This document shows, piece after piece, positions 26,283 to 39,220 of a stretch of DNA of 64,000 bases; positions within the stretch are counted from its first letter, which is position 1; each line of letters begins with the position of its first letter. Location: positions 46,626,001-46,690,000 of the forward strand of contig OZ076413.1 of the NCBI GenBank assembly GCA_964187785.1, given 5' to 3'. The notes under the pieces are model-generated. The model was not told the origin of the DNA and made no database searches. It saw only the letters and a program-made list of their open reading frames with translations. Both the position numbers and the translations under genes were made by a program. Origin of the DNA: Amphiscolops sp. MND2022 (Eukaryota).

Positions 26283-29068
26283 AACAAGACGCCCGCTGAT
26301 AAGCAGGATAACTTCCGTTCAAACTGTTCTAGCTATGACATTTTTTTGAGACATTTTTTTACCCATTGCACTATGAAAGCGCATACATCATGAAAAAAAT
26401 TGAAATTTTTTGAATAATGCTATCCCATTTCAGAAGGAAACACTTCAAGAACATACCAAACACCTATTTGTTTTTTTGCCGGCTTGTGTGTATACCAAAA
26501 CTTTAACAATCAATTTATTTATATATTCGTGCGAAGTCGCCAAAAACGTCAAACTTTGGAAATTTTTATTCTTCCGAAAACTTTGCAGTCATTTGCAGAA
26601 TTTTTCTAGGAAAAGGTAGATGTCTTTTCAAAGCGCTAATTGGATAACGGGTCCAGTCGTTCTTGAATTACAAAATTGCTCGAAAGCTTTACGAAAAGTA
26701 TACAAACTTTGTCAATGAAAAAACACTTTTCACCTGTTTCAAGTCGTTCCGAGGAACTTTTTACAGCCAAAAACATATATTTTTTGAGCAATCTGCAAGT
26801 CTATTCAAAACATTGGACTTTTTGAATACTAGGAAAATTTGATTATTTAACAAAAATTACCTAATTTGAGGAACAGCAAAATTTTAGGGTCATTCTGAGG
26901 TTCTCATCTAACGCGAAAGTGCAATTGACCTTCAAAAGGCCTACTGAATAACGCATTCGTTCGCTGTTGACTGTTGTGATTCTCAAAAACGTATCAAAAA
27001 ATTTCTGAACCTTGCATAAAAAATCGTTCCGATTCATCAGGGTCATTTTGGAAGTCATTTTGTAGCAAAATACTGCAAATACCTCATCAAAATAGCATAC
27101 TGTATAGCTAGTTTATTCGTTTTTGAACGTTTTCAACTTTCTTGGTCACCAAAATTGTTCACAAACTGTAGGAACAAACCACAAAATCGAAAGATTTAGG
27201 TTTTGATAATTTGGGGTGAAATTGAGGCATATTTCCTCCAGTCACTTGCATTTATTTTTCAAAAAGTTTACCCGACAATTTTTTCAGAAGCTAATTCAAT
27301 GTTTAAAAGCTCTACTTTACGGAATCATTCAAATTTTTGGAAAAAATGGGGTAAAACGGTCAAAAACTTTGAAAACTTCTGACTTTTTGGTTTTTCGGGA
27401 GTGATCTTGAGGCTTTTTTCGAACATGAAACTGCAATTCAAAACTACTACTCTATTTTGAGTTTGTTTGCTGTTGGACGTTTTCCTTCTTATAATGTACA
27501 AAATTCACGAAATTTCCAATAAAATTGTTTTTCGGAAAAAGTTTTGGATTTTCTTCTAGTTTGGGTCATTCTGAGATAATGTTCTACCTAGTAAACTACA
27601 AAATTTCTTTCAAAAGGCGTAGTGCATGGCTTGATGAGTTGTTTGAAGCTTCAAGAGTATCAATTTTCACAATTAATTACTAAAATTGTCAAAAAAAAGA
27701 ACTTTCGATAATTTATACATATTTTGGTTCAGATTGAGACATTTCACACTCAAATCAGCGATTACCTCCCACAAAAGCCAATCGAATATCAGCAGCATTT
27801 GTTGTTTAAACTTTCTATTTTTCTAAACCTCGGAACGTCTCGAAAATTCACAGACTTTGCACAAAAAACGTTTGAAACTTCAATTCGACTTTCCGACTTA
27901 CTTGTGTCGTTTTGAAGTATTTCTGATGTAAAACACGGTAATTTTCACATTAAAAAAGGAAACTACAAACCTGATTTCTTTCGTCTTTGATTGTTTTAAA
28001 ACTTTTAACTAACAAAAATTCTCATAAATTGTACTCGAATGACATGAAGCAAACATAAACTGGAAATTTTTGGATTTTTGACAATTTTTGTGTCAAACTA
28101 AAGATCATTTTTGTCGGAAACCGGCACTTATCCTATCAAAAAGCCTACTGGACTACGCATTTAGTTGTTGTTGAACAGTCTTAGAGTTCCAATCAAAGAA
28201 AACAATGAAACTTTTACAAAAATGGTGCTGAGAAATCAATAATTGTAAAAAAAAGGAATTTTTGGCTCTTTTGGGGCAATGTGGCATTTTTTTGAAAAAC
28301 TGAATTTATCTCTACAAACAACCCTATTTGGTGACGAATTCTTTCATTGTTGAACGTTTTCAACGTTCTGATTCATGAAATTTTCCTAAAATTTTTATAA
28401 AAGTTGCATAAAAACGTGACAAATTGGTACATTTCGGAGTTTCTGTAGATTTTGTTCGCCTTTTGAGCTTTTTTTCACAAGAAAACTTCGTTTAATCCCT
28501 AACAAAAGCCTCTCAGGCAACAAATTTGTTCCTTGTTGAAGCCTTCAATATTCTAAGCCACCAGGTTTTGCGGGGAAAAGACAAAAATTGCATGAAAGCT
28601 TCAAAAAGCTGAATATTTTGGGAGTTTTGTCATATTCGGTCTGAAATTGAGGCTTTTTTCAAAACAAATTGCTTTTATCTCTTAAACGAAGCCTCTTGAA
28701 CAATGAATTGTTTCTTTGTTCAACCTTTTTAACTTTCTCAGCTAGCAGGTGTATAAAGAATTCGACAAAAATTGCATAAAAACTTTTAAAATCTGAACTT
28801 TTGCGTTTTTTTTAAGTTCGGTCTGAATTTGAGGCTTTTTCACTCAAAAATTGCATGTATTTCTTCGAAAAAGCCTCTTGGAAAACGGACCGTTTCCTTT
28901 TTGAACGTTTTCAACAATCTAAGCCACGAAATCTGTCGAAAATCGTCGGTTGAAATCAATGGGTGAAATCTTTTAGCTTGGATATAAATTTTGTGCTTAG
29001 CAAATTTTGTGAAAAAACGTTTGATTTAAATATTTTCCTTTTCCATATAAAATATGGACGGAAAATAA
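26283..29068 (-). mobile_element. Long, older family D Helentron-like copy
   Basis: Same ends as 18840-19797 (AACAAGACGCCCGC at 26283; TTTGATTTAAATATTTTCCTTT...GGACGGAAAATA at 29020-29067). Diverged ~180-bp units at about 28130, 28308, 28495, 28677 and 28860. Confidence 0.7.
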
Positions 29069-29852
29069 TAAATCAGCATAACTCAGTCAATCAATGCTGA
29101 CGTTGATGAATTAATTGCCTACTCCTGAACCATGTATCATTTTTCATCGGAAGCTTAATAACATCATCACAATCACCAAGTTTTGCATCTTCTAATGGTT
29201 TATCAACTATTATTTGCGAAAGAACCCCAAAACGAAAAGTAGGTATGTCCTCAACGAAAGAATAAGGTAAAACATAATTGAAAATTTTTGTAACATCGAT
29301 AAACTTTGCCTCTTTAAAGACCCTTGATGTATTCGTTGCTGATACCGGAGGTTGAAACGGTGTAAATGTTGGTTCCTCCTTCAGCTTATACCATCAAAAG
29401 CTATCACTAATCGGAAGTGTTTTTACCTTGTCTTATCAACATCGTTCATGGAATCCGTGGAAGTCATCAAGCAATAATCAGTTTTGAAAAACATGGAAGT
29501 CAAAACAAGACCATAAAATGTTTTTATAACATCTAATTTCCATATATAGAAACATTGTATAAACTACATGGCAGGTCAACCCGGTTATCCGCGGTTGAAA
29601 ATGTAACCGAATCCTTATTTTCACATGAAATTGAAAGTAATGTCATAAAAGCCAAAACTGTGGATCAAATAAATGACGAAAACGGGCCATGCTGGCTTAC
29701 CGGTGAACAATTTTTTCAAGATTTTCTGATGGTAAACATTTGGTTTCTTCATTTCTTGTTTCATTAAGTTCATGATTCTATCTCTGGTGTGTGACCAACT
29801 TCTACTGATAAAATTCAATTCCTTCTTTATTTCGCAACCTTGGAAGACTAAC

Positions 29853-29920
29853 CATGTCGGATTCTGAGATGGGTCCGATGCTGTAAATCTTCAACCCAAC
29901 ATGCACCGTATCAGCTGGAC
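29853..29920 (-). CDS. Internal exon of a Cys-loop ligand-gated ion channel subunit (GABA-A/glycine/GluCl-like), beta1-loop2 region
   Basis: ttttgtttcag|GTCCAGCT...GACATG|gttagt. 68 nt, phase 1 to 0, encoding (G)PADTVHVGLKIYSIGPISESDM. This matches the G-P-x-x-V...I-x-S-I/F-G-P/S-I-S-E-x-x-M pattern and, from recall, the 68-nt exon 3 of glycine receptor alpha and GABA-A beta genes. Confidence 0.85.
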
Positions 29921-31835
29921 CTGAAACAAAACCAAAAAATTTTACCCTCAGAATTACCCACCAGTCTTTATAAATTTCAGGCTTCTGTTATTAATATGTC
30001 AGGTTCTCACTTGTCTGTCAATAGATACCACAGAATCACAAAGAAGTTTTTCTACAAAATAATGAGGGTAATTATTAAACCTGGGCTAAAGTTATCTCAA
30101 TTTATGAGAGACACTAATATAACCCGAGGTTTTATAGATGGGCTCAATATTGACGGATAGTCTAAACGTAGATAATATCAAAATCTTGTTCTTTATCTCC
30201 CGTAAATTATCAACATGTCGGTCGGACAAGTTAATGATTCCTTCAAGTGCGGGAAAATTGCAATGCAGCATTTTTATCGCTGCCTCAAGTCAAATGTTTT
30301 GAGATTACAAAAAAATCAATGTTTGATTACTATAGTAATATATGTAAATGGAGTTGAGCTTGGATTCACTACCAGGTGAAGTGTGAATTTTCTTTCCATC
30401 AATAAAAAGGGATCGATTTACGTATAAGGCAACACTGCGTTTAATAGCATTTTTGGAAAATCTCAGAGAACTAAAGAATCGTTTTTCGCTTTTACCTGGA
30501 GTAGAAGGCTTTGCTATGGAGGTAAGCATGGAAATCGATTGTAACATTTTAGGTCATGAATTAATACAACGGTTATGTTTCGAATATTATAAAGGAACGA
30601 AAAATTTACAGGGAAAATGTACTGTTTCACAAAACAATAGAAAGAAACTTTTTGAGAATTTTTGATAACATTAAAAACCAAACAGTGTTCGAATCAACTA
30701 AACTACTCTTAAACCTCAAAAGTTGAACCTATAGATATACACAATTGTTCGATTTACTTGAAATTTTTGCACGCACTTTAATGTTGTCAACAATTTTTAT
30801 TCTGATTTTATGAACCTCTTACGAAAGTTTGCATTTCCCTCTTTTATTCCACTTTTATCGAACTCCTTGAAAGATTCATCAAAAGTTTTTTTCATCAGAG
30901 ACAATTTTAATCTTGAAGTAGGTTTTGCAAGTTTAAGCACCAAACAGTTCTAATTATAAAAGTAACCAAGTTGCTACCCGTTTTACTTCCTTTTTATTAC
31001 AAAATAACTTCAGTCGCATAATAAATTGCCCTGGTTGGAACTGCTTGAACTTTTTACATGTCTTTGTAGGTTACCAAGCTAATTTTCCATGATTTTATAA
31101 AATTCTCAAAGAAACGTCTATGCAATAAAACTTCACTGTTTCGATTTAATTTTATCAAGCTGCTTATAAGTAAGATGCAACCTAAATTTGGTGGCAAATT
31201 TGTGCCGCAAAGTTCTGCAGGTTTCAATAAGATGCCGTTCTAATTTTGAAAGCAGCTGAGACCGTCATCAATTTTACCGCTTTCAATGCAAATAAACTTC
31301 AGTCACATTGTAAGTTTCAAAGTAGCGTCATATTCGGCGTGCTATCTGACTAACGGTGATTACATGAGGTACTTACTTGAGAAACCTACGCGTGAAAACA
31401 AAAAGATCGCTGCGGCGAAGAAGTGGAAATGTTTTCAGTTTTAATTCAAATAGTGGAGGCTGCATTGTAAACCTACAAAATCTTTCCATGCAGGCTCCCG
31501 GAATTTTCCAAATTTTGTAACAAAAAATTAGCCTGCATGTTTCCATGCAGCATGTAAAAAGTTCAGACAATCTCGACTAGGGTGCAAACTAGTTTCATGT
31601 TTAGCATCAGATGAGTAGTTGAGAAAACAAAGTGTGTATCATGGGGGTCGTGTTGGTAATGAAGTGGGAATTATTCTTGAATTGAAATGCAATAGTGGAA
31701 ATTGCCATAAACTTCTACAAGATTTATTACCAAAACCTTACCAAATTTTCTAGGTCTTATAAAGAATTACCCATCATGCAGGCCTGCAGCACGTGAAAAT
31801 TTCCGGCAGTTTCAACTAGGGCATACAAATACGTG

Positions 31836-32358
31836 TTTTTAGTCGGCGTTTTCGAAGAAAATCCCGACTTTTACAGTGGCTAGTTTTTTTTTCTTCAGTT
31901 CAACGCGTAACGACCACTTTTTGTGCATTAATGCACATTTACCAACTTTTACCAAATGTACTTGGTACTTCATTTTCAACGCATCCAAAGCCTCTAACAT
32001 GAGATAAAAAGCCATTCCAAAGCAGAAGGGTCCACTTTTTTTGACACTATGAGACTTTCCTCCTTTTTTCGGCACGGTGAGACTGATTTTTTTCCGAAAT
32101 TTTTTTTATTGTTCCTCCCATCAATTTTTGATATTTTGCAGCAGAATGGATGTTCAAAAAATCCCAAAGCGTCCCCCCTTTTACATTTTTCGGCACTATG
32201 CGACTTACCGGAAACTTTAAAAAAATTCAAAAAAATCGGATTTTTTTTCTCAATTTTTAGTTTTTTGAGAGCTTTTGTTGTCTCCAGTTGTAGAAAAAGT
32301 GGTTTTCGTCTTTTTGAGCCTTAGATATGGCGCCGACTTGGGCCGTTCCCGGCTTGTT
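31836..32358 (+). mobile_element. Family A Helentron-like element
   Basis: TTTTTAGTCGGCG...CCCGACT 5' end and GCGCCGACTTGGGCCGTTCCCGGCTTGTT 3' end. Confidence 0.8.
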
Positions 32359-32497
32359 TTTACTGATTTAGCGAGATTGCCGAATTGTTATGTTTCCCGG
32401 CTTCATTAAGCTTACAGGTGTTAGTTACCACAAGAATAGTCTATCGGTAGTGAATAAATTGAAAATGCTTGATAGTCACACCATTGTAGCAAAATAT

Positions 32498-32933
32498 CCC
32501 AATAGCAAAACATCTAGAAACACTTGCCAAGATCTTGCATATTCTTTTCACTTTTGAAACCCTTGTTCATTCTTGCCTCATTAAAACCTCTTGCATTTGT
32601 TAGCAGGGATCTTGGTAAGAGTCTTATCAACAGTCTCAAGAAAATAACTAAGACTATCCGTTCTTTGAAGTGTTGGTTACGAGACACTGGTTGCTTGAGT
32701 GAACGGCTGTGGTAAAATAGATACGCTGAACAAGCCGCAGTTATAGACAGTTTTTGTTGTTCAATTTCCATTGAGTTTTGGTAGCAATAAACTTGAAACA
32801 CTTAGTTAGATCTTACAACATTGTATCTATTCATGGCGCTTTTGATGAGAATCTTGCTAAGATTCTTCTCAGAGATTCACGAACACAAAAATGTAAGATT
32901 CTTGTCATGCATTCTACGACTTTTAACACTGGG
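32498..32933. mobile_element. Degraded AAGATCTT-rich MITE-like element
   Basis: CCCA...TGGG ends with weak TIR similarity and the same subterminal words as 1927-3007. The TSD is not conserved. Confidence 0.4.
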
Positions 32934-33667
32934 TACTTCCTGTAGCAATAAGAATCAGTTTCAATGCATGATTCTAGGTGAACTGAAAGGTGCGTTGAAC
33001 AGAAACGGGATTATATTTTAAAGGAGAGCTTGCAATCAGTCTTGAAAATCCCAAAATCTGTTAAAATAAGCACATGGCGTCAAAGAACTCTTTGGGCTCC
33101 AAAACAATTTTTTTGTATCCAGTCTATTATTGCTAAAAACACAAAGAGTTTGTTTCACCTCATTCTTAAACTTCATTCAGGTTTATGAAATAGTTACAGA
33201 ATGAACAAGAGTCCAGGAGATGCTGAGCTTGTTCAAAAATAGACCATTCAGTGCAAGTCAACAGAAAACTTACAACAGTAAGAGTCAGACACTTTTTATT
33301 TCAAACTGCGCTGTCTTTAAAGAAATCTGTATTGTTATGCAAATTGTTTCCAACTTTCAACCGGGTGCAAGTTTTTGTATGATGCATTCATTCATGCAAC
33401 ACAAATTCTTTGAACAAGGAAACATAGAAAAAAGCATGTTTAGAAAAACTTTGAATACAAAATTTTGATTCTCTCTCAAAGCATCTTGAAAAAAAGTAGA
33501 ACTAAAATGCAGCTTTCACTTCAGGCAAAAAAGAAAATATTTATCTACCACACTGTATTTACACTTGTATAACCTACCGAATCATGCTCAATTTCAAACA
33601 ATAACAACTAGGGTTGGTGAAAGGATTTGTTCAACACACGTACTGTAAATTTGACATTATTAACATG

Positions 33668-33964
33668 AACAAGACGGGAACGGCATAAGTAGGCGCCATA
33701 TCTAAGGGTCAAAAATAGCAAAAGGACTTCTAAGTGTCAGGTCAATTTTTTTTCGAAAAAAAGTCTCACAATGCTGAAACTGAAATTGTCTTTAGTCCCG
33801 CCCGGTATTGTGTTACGCGGCAAAAAAGGAAAACTCTTTTGGTGTATATCCCTATAACCATAAAATTTCGTAGAACTTCGCAGAACAATTTTGGTCAGTT
33901 CGTGTGGATTGGAAAAAAAGAATCACTAATAGTCGCGTTTCACTTCATGAAGCGCCGACTAAAA
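33668..33964 (-). mobile_element. Short family A Helentron-like element
   Basis: AACAAGACGGGAACGGCATAAGTAGGCGCC at the left end and GCGCCGACTAAAA at the right. A further partial copy follows, ending GCGTCGACTAAAAA at about 34278. Confidence 0.75.
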
Positions 33965-35454
33965 TGTTGACACCTAAAATAAAAATTGTATTGTCCAAAA
34001 TAGGCTTCTTCGTGACTGAAAATATCCAAAAAAAAACAAAAGGGACCCTTTTATGAAATGAAAAAAACACTGAAAAAAAAAACGTTGCACTTTGCTGAGA
34101 AAACTCAAGACCCAATTCTCATATATAGCCCATTTGGCCTTTTAGGGTACTCTTTCAGGTACTACACGAAAAGTATGTAGAAAATGGACCATCCACATAC
34201 ATACTATGTATGATCTGACGAATAAGGTAGTAACTGCAATAGTCGGACACGTTCGTTTGAAAATGCGTCGACTAAAAACGTAGCACACGGAAGGCAGTAT
34301 GTCGCTTTCAACAAGTTGGCGATACTACAGCTTTTCAAAACAATACAGTAGCATTTTTATGTAGGAAATTTTGTCGGGAAGGAAGTATTGACGTATTTTT
34401 ACTCAATCGATGTCTTGCTCCTTCTTTTCGTGAGGCGTCAAGGTTACTTATATCTTCTTTCATTCCGCGCATTTTTCGATCGAATAGTAGTTTTTTATCA
34501 AATGTTTTTTCAGGAGATTGCACCTATTGTTTTTGAAGGTTTAGACATAAGTTTTGCGGTTCTGCAAATTGACATTAGATAAGGAAACAATAATTTTCTT
34601 CAGCATGTTAGACACGTCATAAGTTCTCATCCTGGATTTTGTTGGGTTAAAATTGATTAAACCCCATTCTATTCACCCATCGAAATACTTGCGTGTTTAC
34701 AAGAACAGATTAAATGTTGAGAAAAATTAAGATCTGTGAAAATTCATTGCCTCGATTCGAATCTGAATAGCTCTTTATGAGATTATTCAATCCCAATATT
34801 TTTAATTTTTATCAAAGTTTCAATAAAAATTAATCACTTTTTGATCCTAAATTAACCTGTTTCTTTCCCAAATTTACAGAAATAAAAGCATTTATAAACA
34901 GTGATGTTTATATTTACTATCTGCGTTTCCTTTCATGCGCGAAATTAGTGGGTGATTAACCTGTTTTTGGAAGTGTAGCAATGCAATTAAACTCAACCAA
35001 CAACCTTTCCAGTATTTTTAGGCATTAATTAGCATATAGTTTTGGCTCTTAATGGCTATAAAATGTAAATTTTAGTGCAATAACACTTGAAAATTACGAG
35101 TTTTTCATGCAAAAGAGGCCGGTAAATTTTTTGACCCAAGGCTTCATAACATTTGCATCTCGAAAAAATTAGTCTAGTGAATAGGAAAATAATGGATACT
35201 GAAAATTTTTCTTTAAAAGTTTGCTGTAGTGGCTACCGGTGACGAAAGTTGCTGTTGTTCAGTCAGAAATTTGATTTTCAGCTGCTCAGTGAAATTTATG
35301 AGTAATTAATGTAGATTTTAAAAGTACCCTATTTTCACATATGTAGAGGCATTTGCATAACTCTTAATACAAAAATAACAATATGCAACAAAATCAGCTT
35401 TTCTCAAGAAAGTTTCAGAAACATCTACTGCTAAGGATCTTTCTTTCGTATGAG

Positions 35455-36068
35455 AAACAAGCCGGGACCGGCCCAAGTCGGCGCCATATCCAAGGCTCAA
35501 AAATAGCAAAAGGACTTCCAAGTGTCAATTTACAGTACTCGAAAATCGAAAAGCCAAAAAAATGGACCGAGTGGCGAGCCGGGCCCGCTAGCGCGAGCTC
35601 CTGGCGCGCTGAAGAGAAAAAAAATTAGAAAAAAAGTCTCACAATCCCGAAAAACTGAAAGGGGACCCTTTGGGGTTTTTCAACATCCATTCTGTCGCAA
35701 AACATCAAAAAATTGAAGGGGGAAAATTTTTATTTTCGGAAAAAAATCTCACAATGCCGAAAAAACTGAAAGGGGGACCCTTTGGGATTTTTCAACATCT
35801 ATTCTGTCGCAAAGGGGGTCTCGCCCGGTATGGTATGTTACGCGGGAAAACAGGAAAAACCTTTTTGGTTCAGTTCGCTAGGCCAAATGCTGTAATTTGG
35901 AGCAATAATATTTTGTAGAACTCTTAAGAACTATTTTGGTCAGTTCGTGTGGATTGAAAAAAAAGAAAAGCCACTATAATAGTCGCGTTTCATTTCATGA
36001 AGCGCCCACTAAAAAAAGAAAAGCCACTATAATAGTCGCGTTTCACTTCATGAAGCGCCGACTAAAAA
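35455..36068 (-). mobile_element. Family A Helentron-like element with duplicated 5' terminus
   Basis: 3' hairpin/subTIR at 35455-35487. The ~55-bp 5' terminal block occurs twice (35958-36013, 36014-36068). Confidence 0.8.
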
Positions 36069-39000
36069 TTGAAATTTGGCTTCAAACATTAAGGTCACAT
36101 GTGTCTGTATAAGGTCAATTTGTTAAATTTCACCCACTTTGAAATAAACCAAACTTTTTTCTTTTTATTTCCAACTTTTCCAACGGTTTCTCAGGCTTAC
36201 CATCTGATGTTTATGATGGCAATTGCCCCGAAAGTATTGACACCATTTGGTATGCTTTTGAAGTGTCGAATAATTAAAAGCACTTTTCCTACAAGCTGCC
36301 TCATTCCTATCACAACTAAAGTTCAATGACCGAAAAGCTGTACTGGCGAAGACTATTTATTACTCTTTCGCCTTTTCACTTAAAATTGCCTTGAATTGTA
36401 ACCTCCCTTTTTTGTGTGAGGCAAATCAAAAAATAGGCAGCTTGCCGTTTTCAATTTTCGCCAACAGTGGTCTATTGAATAAGCAGCCCAAGCAACTGTT
36501 GTGAATGAAAAGTCTCTAATCGACCTCCGCTTGATAGTAAATTTGAAGCCATTTGTATTTGAAAAAACTCAAACGATCATTTGAAATTGTCCGAAATTGG
36601 TTTCAAAAAGCGATTCTTACTGTAGAAAACTGTCAATTAAAAACTATCAATACTTCTGTCAGCATTTTCTGGAGAGTTGCTATAGTAGTACTCCTTTGAG
36701 CTATATATTGTGCAAGCTTGCACAAACATAACCTAGGTTATGTTGTAAAGAAAACTAACAAGTCGTCCACAGAACTTGTTGACAAATCGCAACAACTGGG
36801 AACCTTTAGGTTATGAGGTGATATCGACACTCATGACCATTACGCCCTGTAAAAGTGATGCTGGAGCAAAATTGTTTCGATAGAAAACAAAAACCGCTAA
36901 ACTGCGTGAAATCAAAGTTTTATGTCCCGTCTAACTTTTCACGAAGGACCATTTGATTTCAAAAAAGCAGACGAAAACCCGTGATCATATGCCATTGTTT
37001 TGAACGATTCTGTTGAAATAAAGTAACTTGATGTGTGTAGATATCACTATTTTGGCCATCCATTTTTTTGAAAAAATGAGATCATTAAAAGATGCACCGC
37101 GAAGATGCACAGAAAATAAATCCTCCGGAAAACGTGTAGAATACAGAATATACAGTCAAGATATCCAGCATATTAGAATTTTGATTAAGGGTTTGGGAAA
37201 TCGAAAATTTGACGAAAGGTACAGTGTTTCCGAACTTTCCTAAGATACTGTCGCATTAACAGGAAACAGATCCTATGCTAGGTTTTCATGAACATATTCC
37301 TTTCTAGGTTTCATAATCTAATACAAACTTTTGAAAGTACTGCTGTAGAACTTCGAAGACGTATATTTTGCTTTCGCAGAATCTTCAAGGAGATATAATT
37401 ATCAGATAAGAGGTCAAAAATTTATGATTACGTAGTCTAACAAAAATCCAGCTACTGTAGTCCAGAATTTAGCAATTAAGAGATACAACAACAAACATAA
37501 TATGAACAGATTCATGTCTTCAATATGGTTCCAAGGTTGTTTCTGAAATTCCTGTAATTTTTATGCAGATTGACGGGATCACAGGGCGACAAAAACAGCT
37601 ATGATTGCAAAGTCATAACAAGAATTACAAGTCTGCGCGTCTGCGTCAACGAAAGCATATTTCTTCACTGCGCACTCCTTATTGATCCATAATGCCTTCC
37701 ACAGTAGAGACCTCAGCTGACGAAAGAAGCTGTCAAGCTGCGTTAATGGCGAAACCTGCTACAGTGTAAAATAAAAAATTATTGTATTTGATACCTATGC
37801 CCACAGGTTACAAGGTCCTGTGGATGTCAATGACAACGATTGAAGGTAAATGGAAACAGTTGGAAGTCACAAGAAACTTTTTGAAGTTTCTTCGAAGGTC
37901 AATGGATATCTTTGAAGGAACTTGGCAGGTCCTTCAATGATAATGCATTATCTTTGAAGGTGTTTCAAGGAATTCCTCCAAGGATCTTTGAAGGTATCAA
38001 TTGTTGTACGACTAGGCTATCTGTCGGAGCGTGGTCCCATTTCTCTGAGCACGCTTTTTTTGCAGTTCATTTACATATTCTACTAAACAGCTAGTACACA
38101 ATGTTGCTCAAACATTTTCCAGAGATTTCCGATTGAAATTGTTCACGCCTCTGATAGAATTTTTTACGACGCTTTAAAACTTTCACGTTTTCAGAGAAAG
38201 ATGGGAAAATTTATGGGATGAAAATTATACATTAATTTTTACAATTCAAAAACCACAAGAAAAGTAAACATCTTGTGTAAATATTTGTCATCGGTATCCC
38301 GAGAATACATGTCAGAAGGATATTGATTTCCTGTGTCTTCATTTCCTGTATCCTCTGAAGGTCCGCTTGGTCGATGAAGCAAATCTGTACAGGAGTGTTT
38401 AGAGCACAACGCACAGATCGACATTTAGTTCAGTTTTATTGCTAATCACAGTTCCGCCAAACCGTGAAAGGAAATTTTTTTAAAAAACCACCCAACCTAC
38501 GCACTTGAAAATGGGGCCGGTGTGAGGTCAAAATTTATAGTAGTAGAAGCGTTGAAAACACATGAACGAAGAAAGCTTTATATTTTCGCATTTATAGAAG
38601 GAAGAATTGACGTGTCAGACAGAAAATTAATGAGTAATGGGTTTTTATGGCCACCTAAAAGTGCACTTTAAAAAGCAAAAAGATAAATCAATTCCAAATC
38701 GTTTTTTTCCCGAGAATGTTCTTGAACTACACCGCGTAGCGAATCAACTCAGAAAATTTGAACGAAAATTTGAAAAGGGACGTTTTGATTAATATTGTTT
38801 GAAATAAAAATTGTTAACATAAAATTTATTTTGGTATAAGTTTCATTGTTGAAAAACGGTTCCCTCGGATAGGTTTTGTTTTTTTCCCACCAAATAAAAA
38901 TCATGAATCCAAAGAAAAGTGAGGAATCAAAGAAAAAGATCTTTGGCTGGAACAAAAAACAAGTACTATCTTCAAAGTTGATACCTTCTTGTTGCTATAG

Positions 39001-39220
39001 TTTCAATGATTCCATGCTACACAGAAAAGTTGATCTACAACAGAGATCAAAAGTATCTTTGAAGCATAAATTTTTGACATTGTAGAGCTCAGTGATCTGT
39101 TGAGATCATTTCCAAAAGTATTAAAAAAACATTTGAAGCAAAAACTTTTGACTTTGTCGAGTTCAGTAAGCTGTGGTTCGAGTTGTGTGTCAAATGGTCA
39201 CGTTTTCATGGAAGACCAGT

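Noticed and set aside
29999..30060. EKLL...DRQVR just upstream of the channel exon as exon 2
   Set aside because: It ends in a stop or needs a frameshift, and its donor is phase 0 whereas phase 1 is required.
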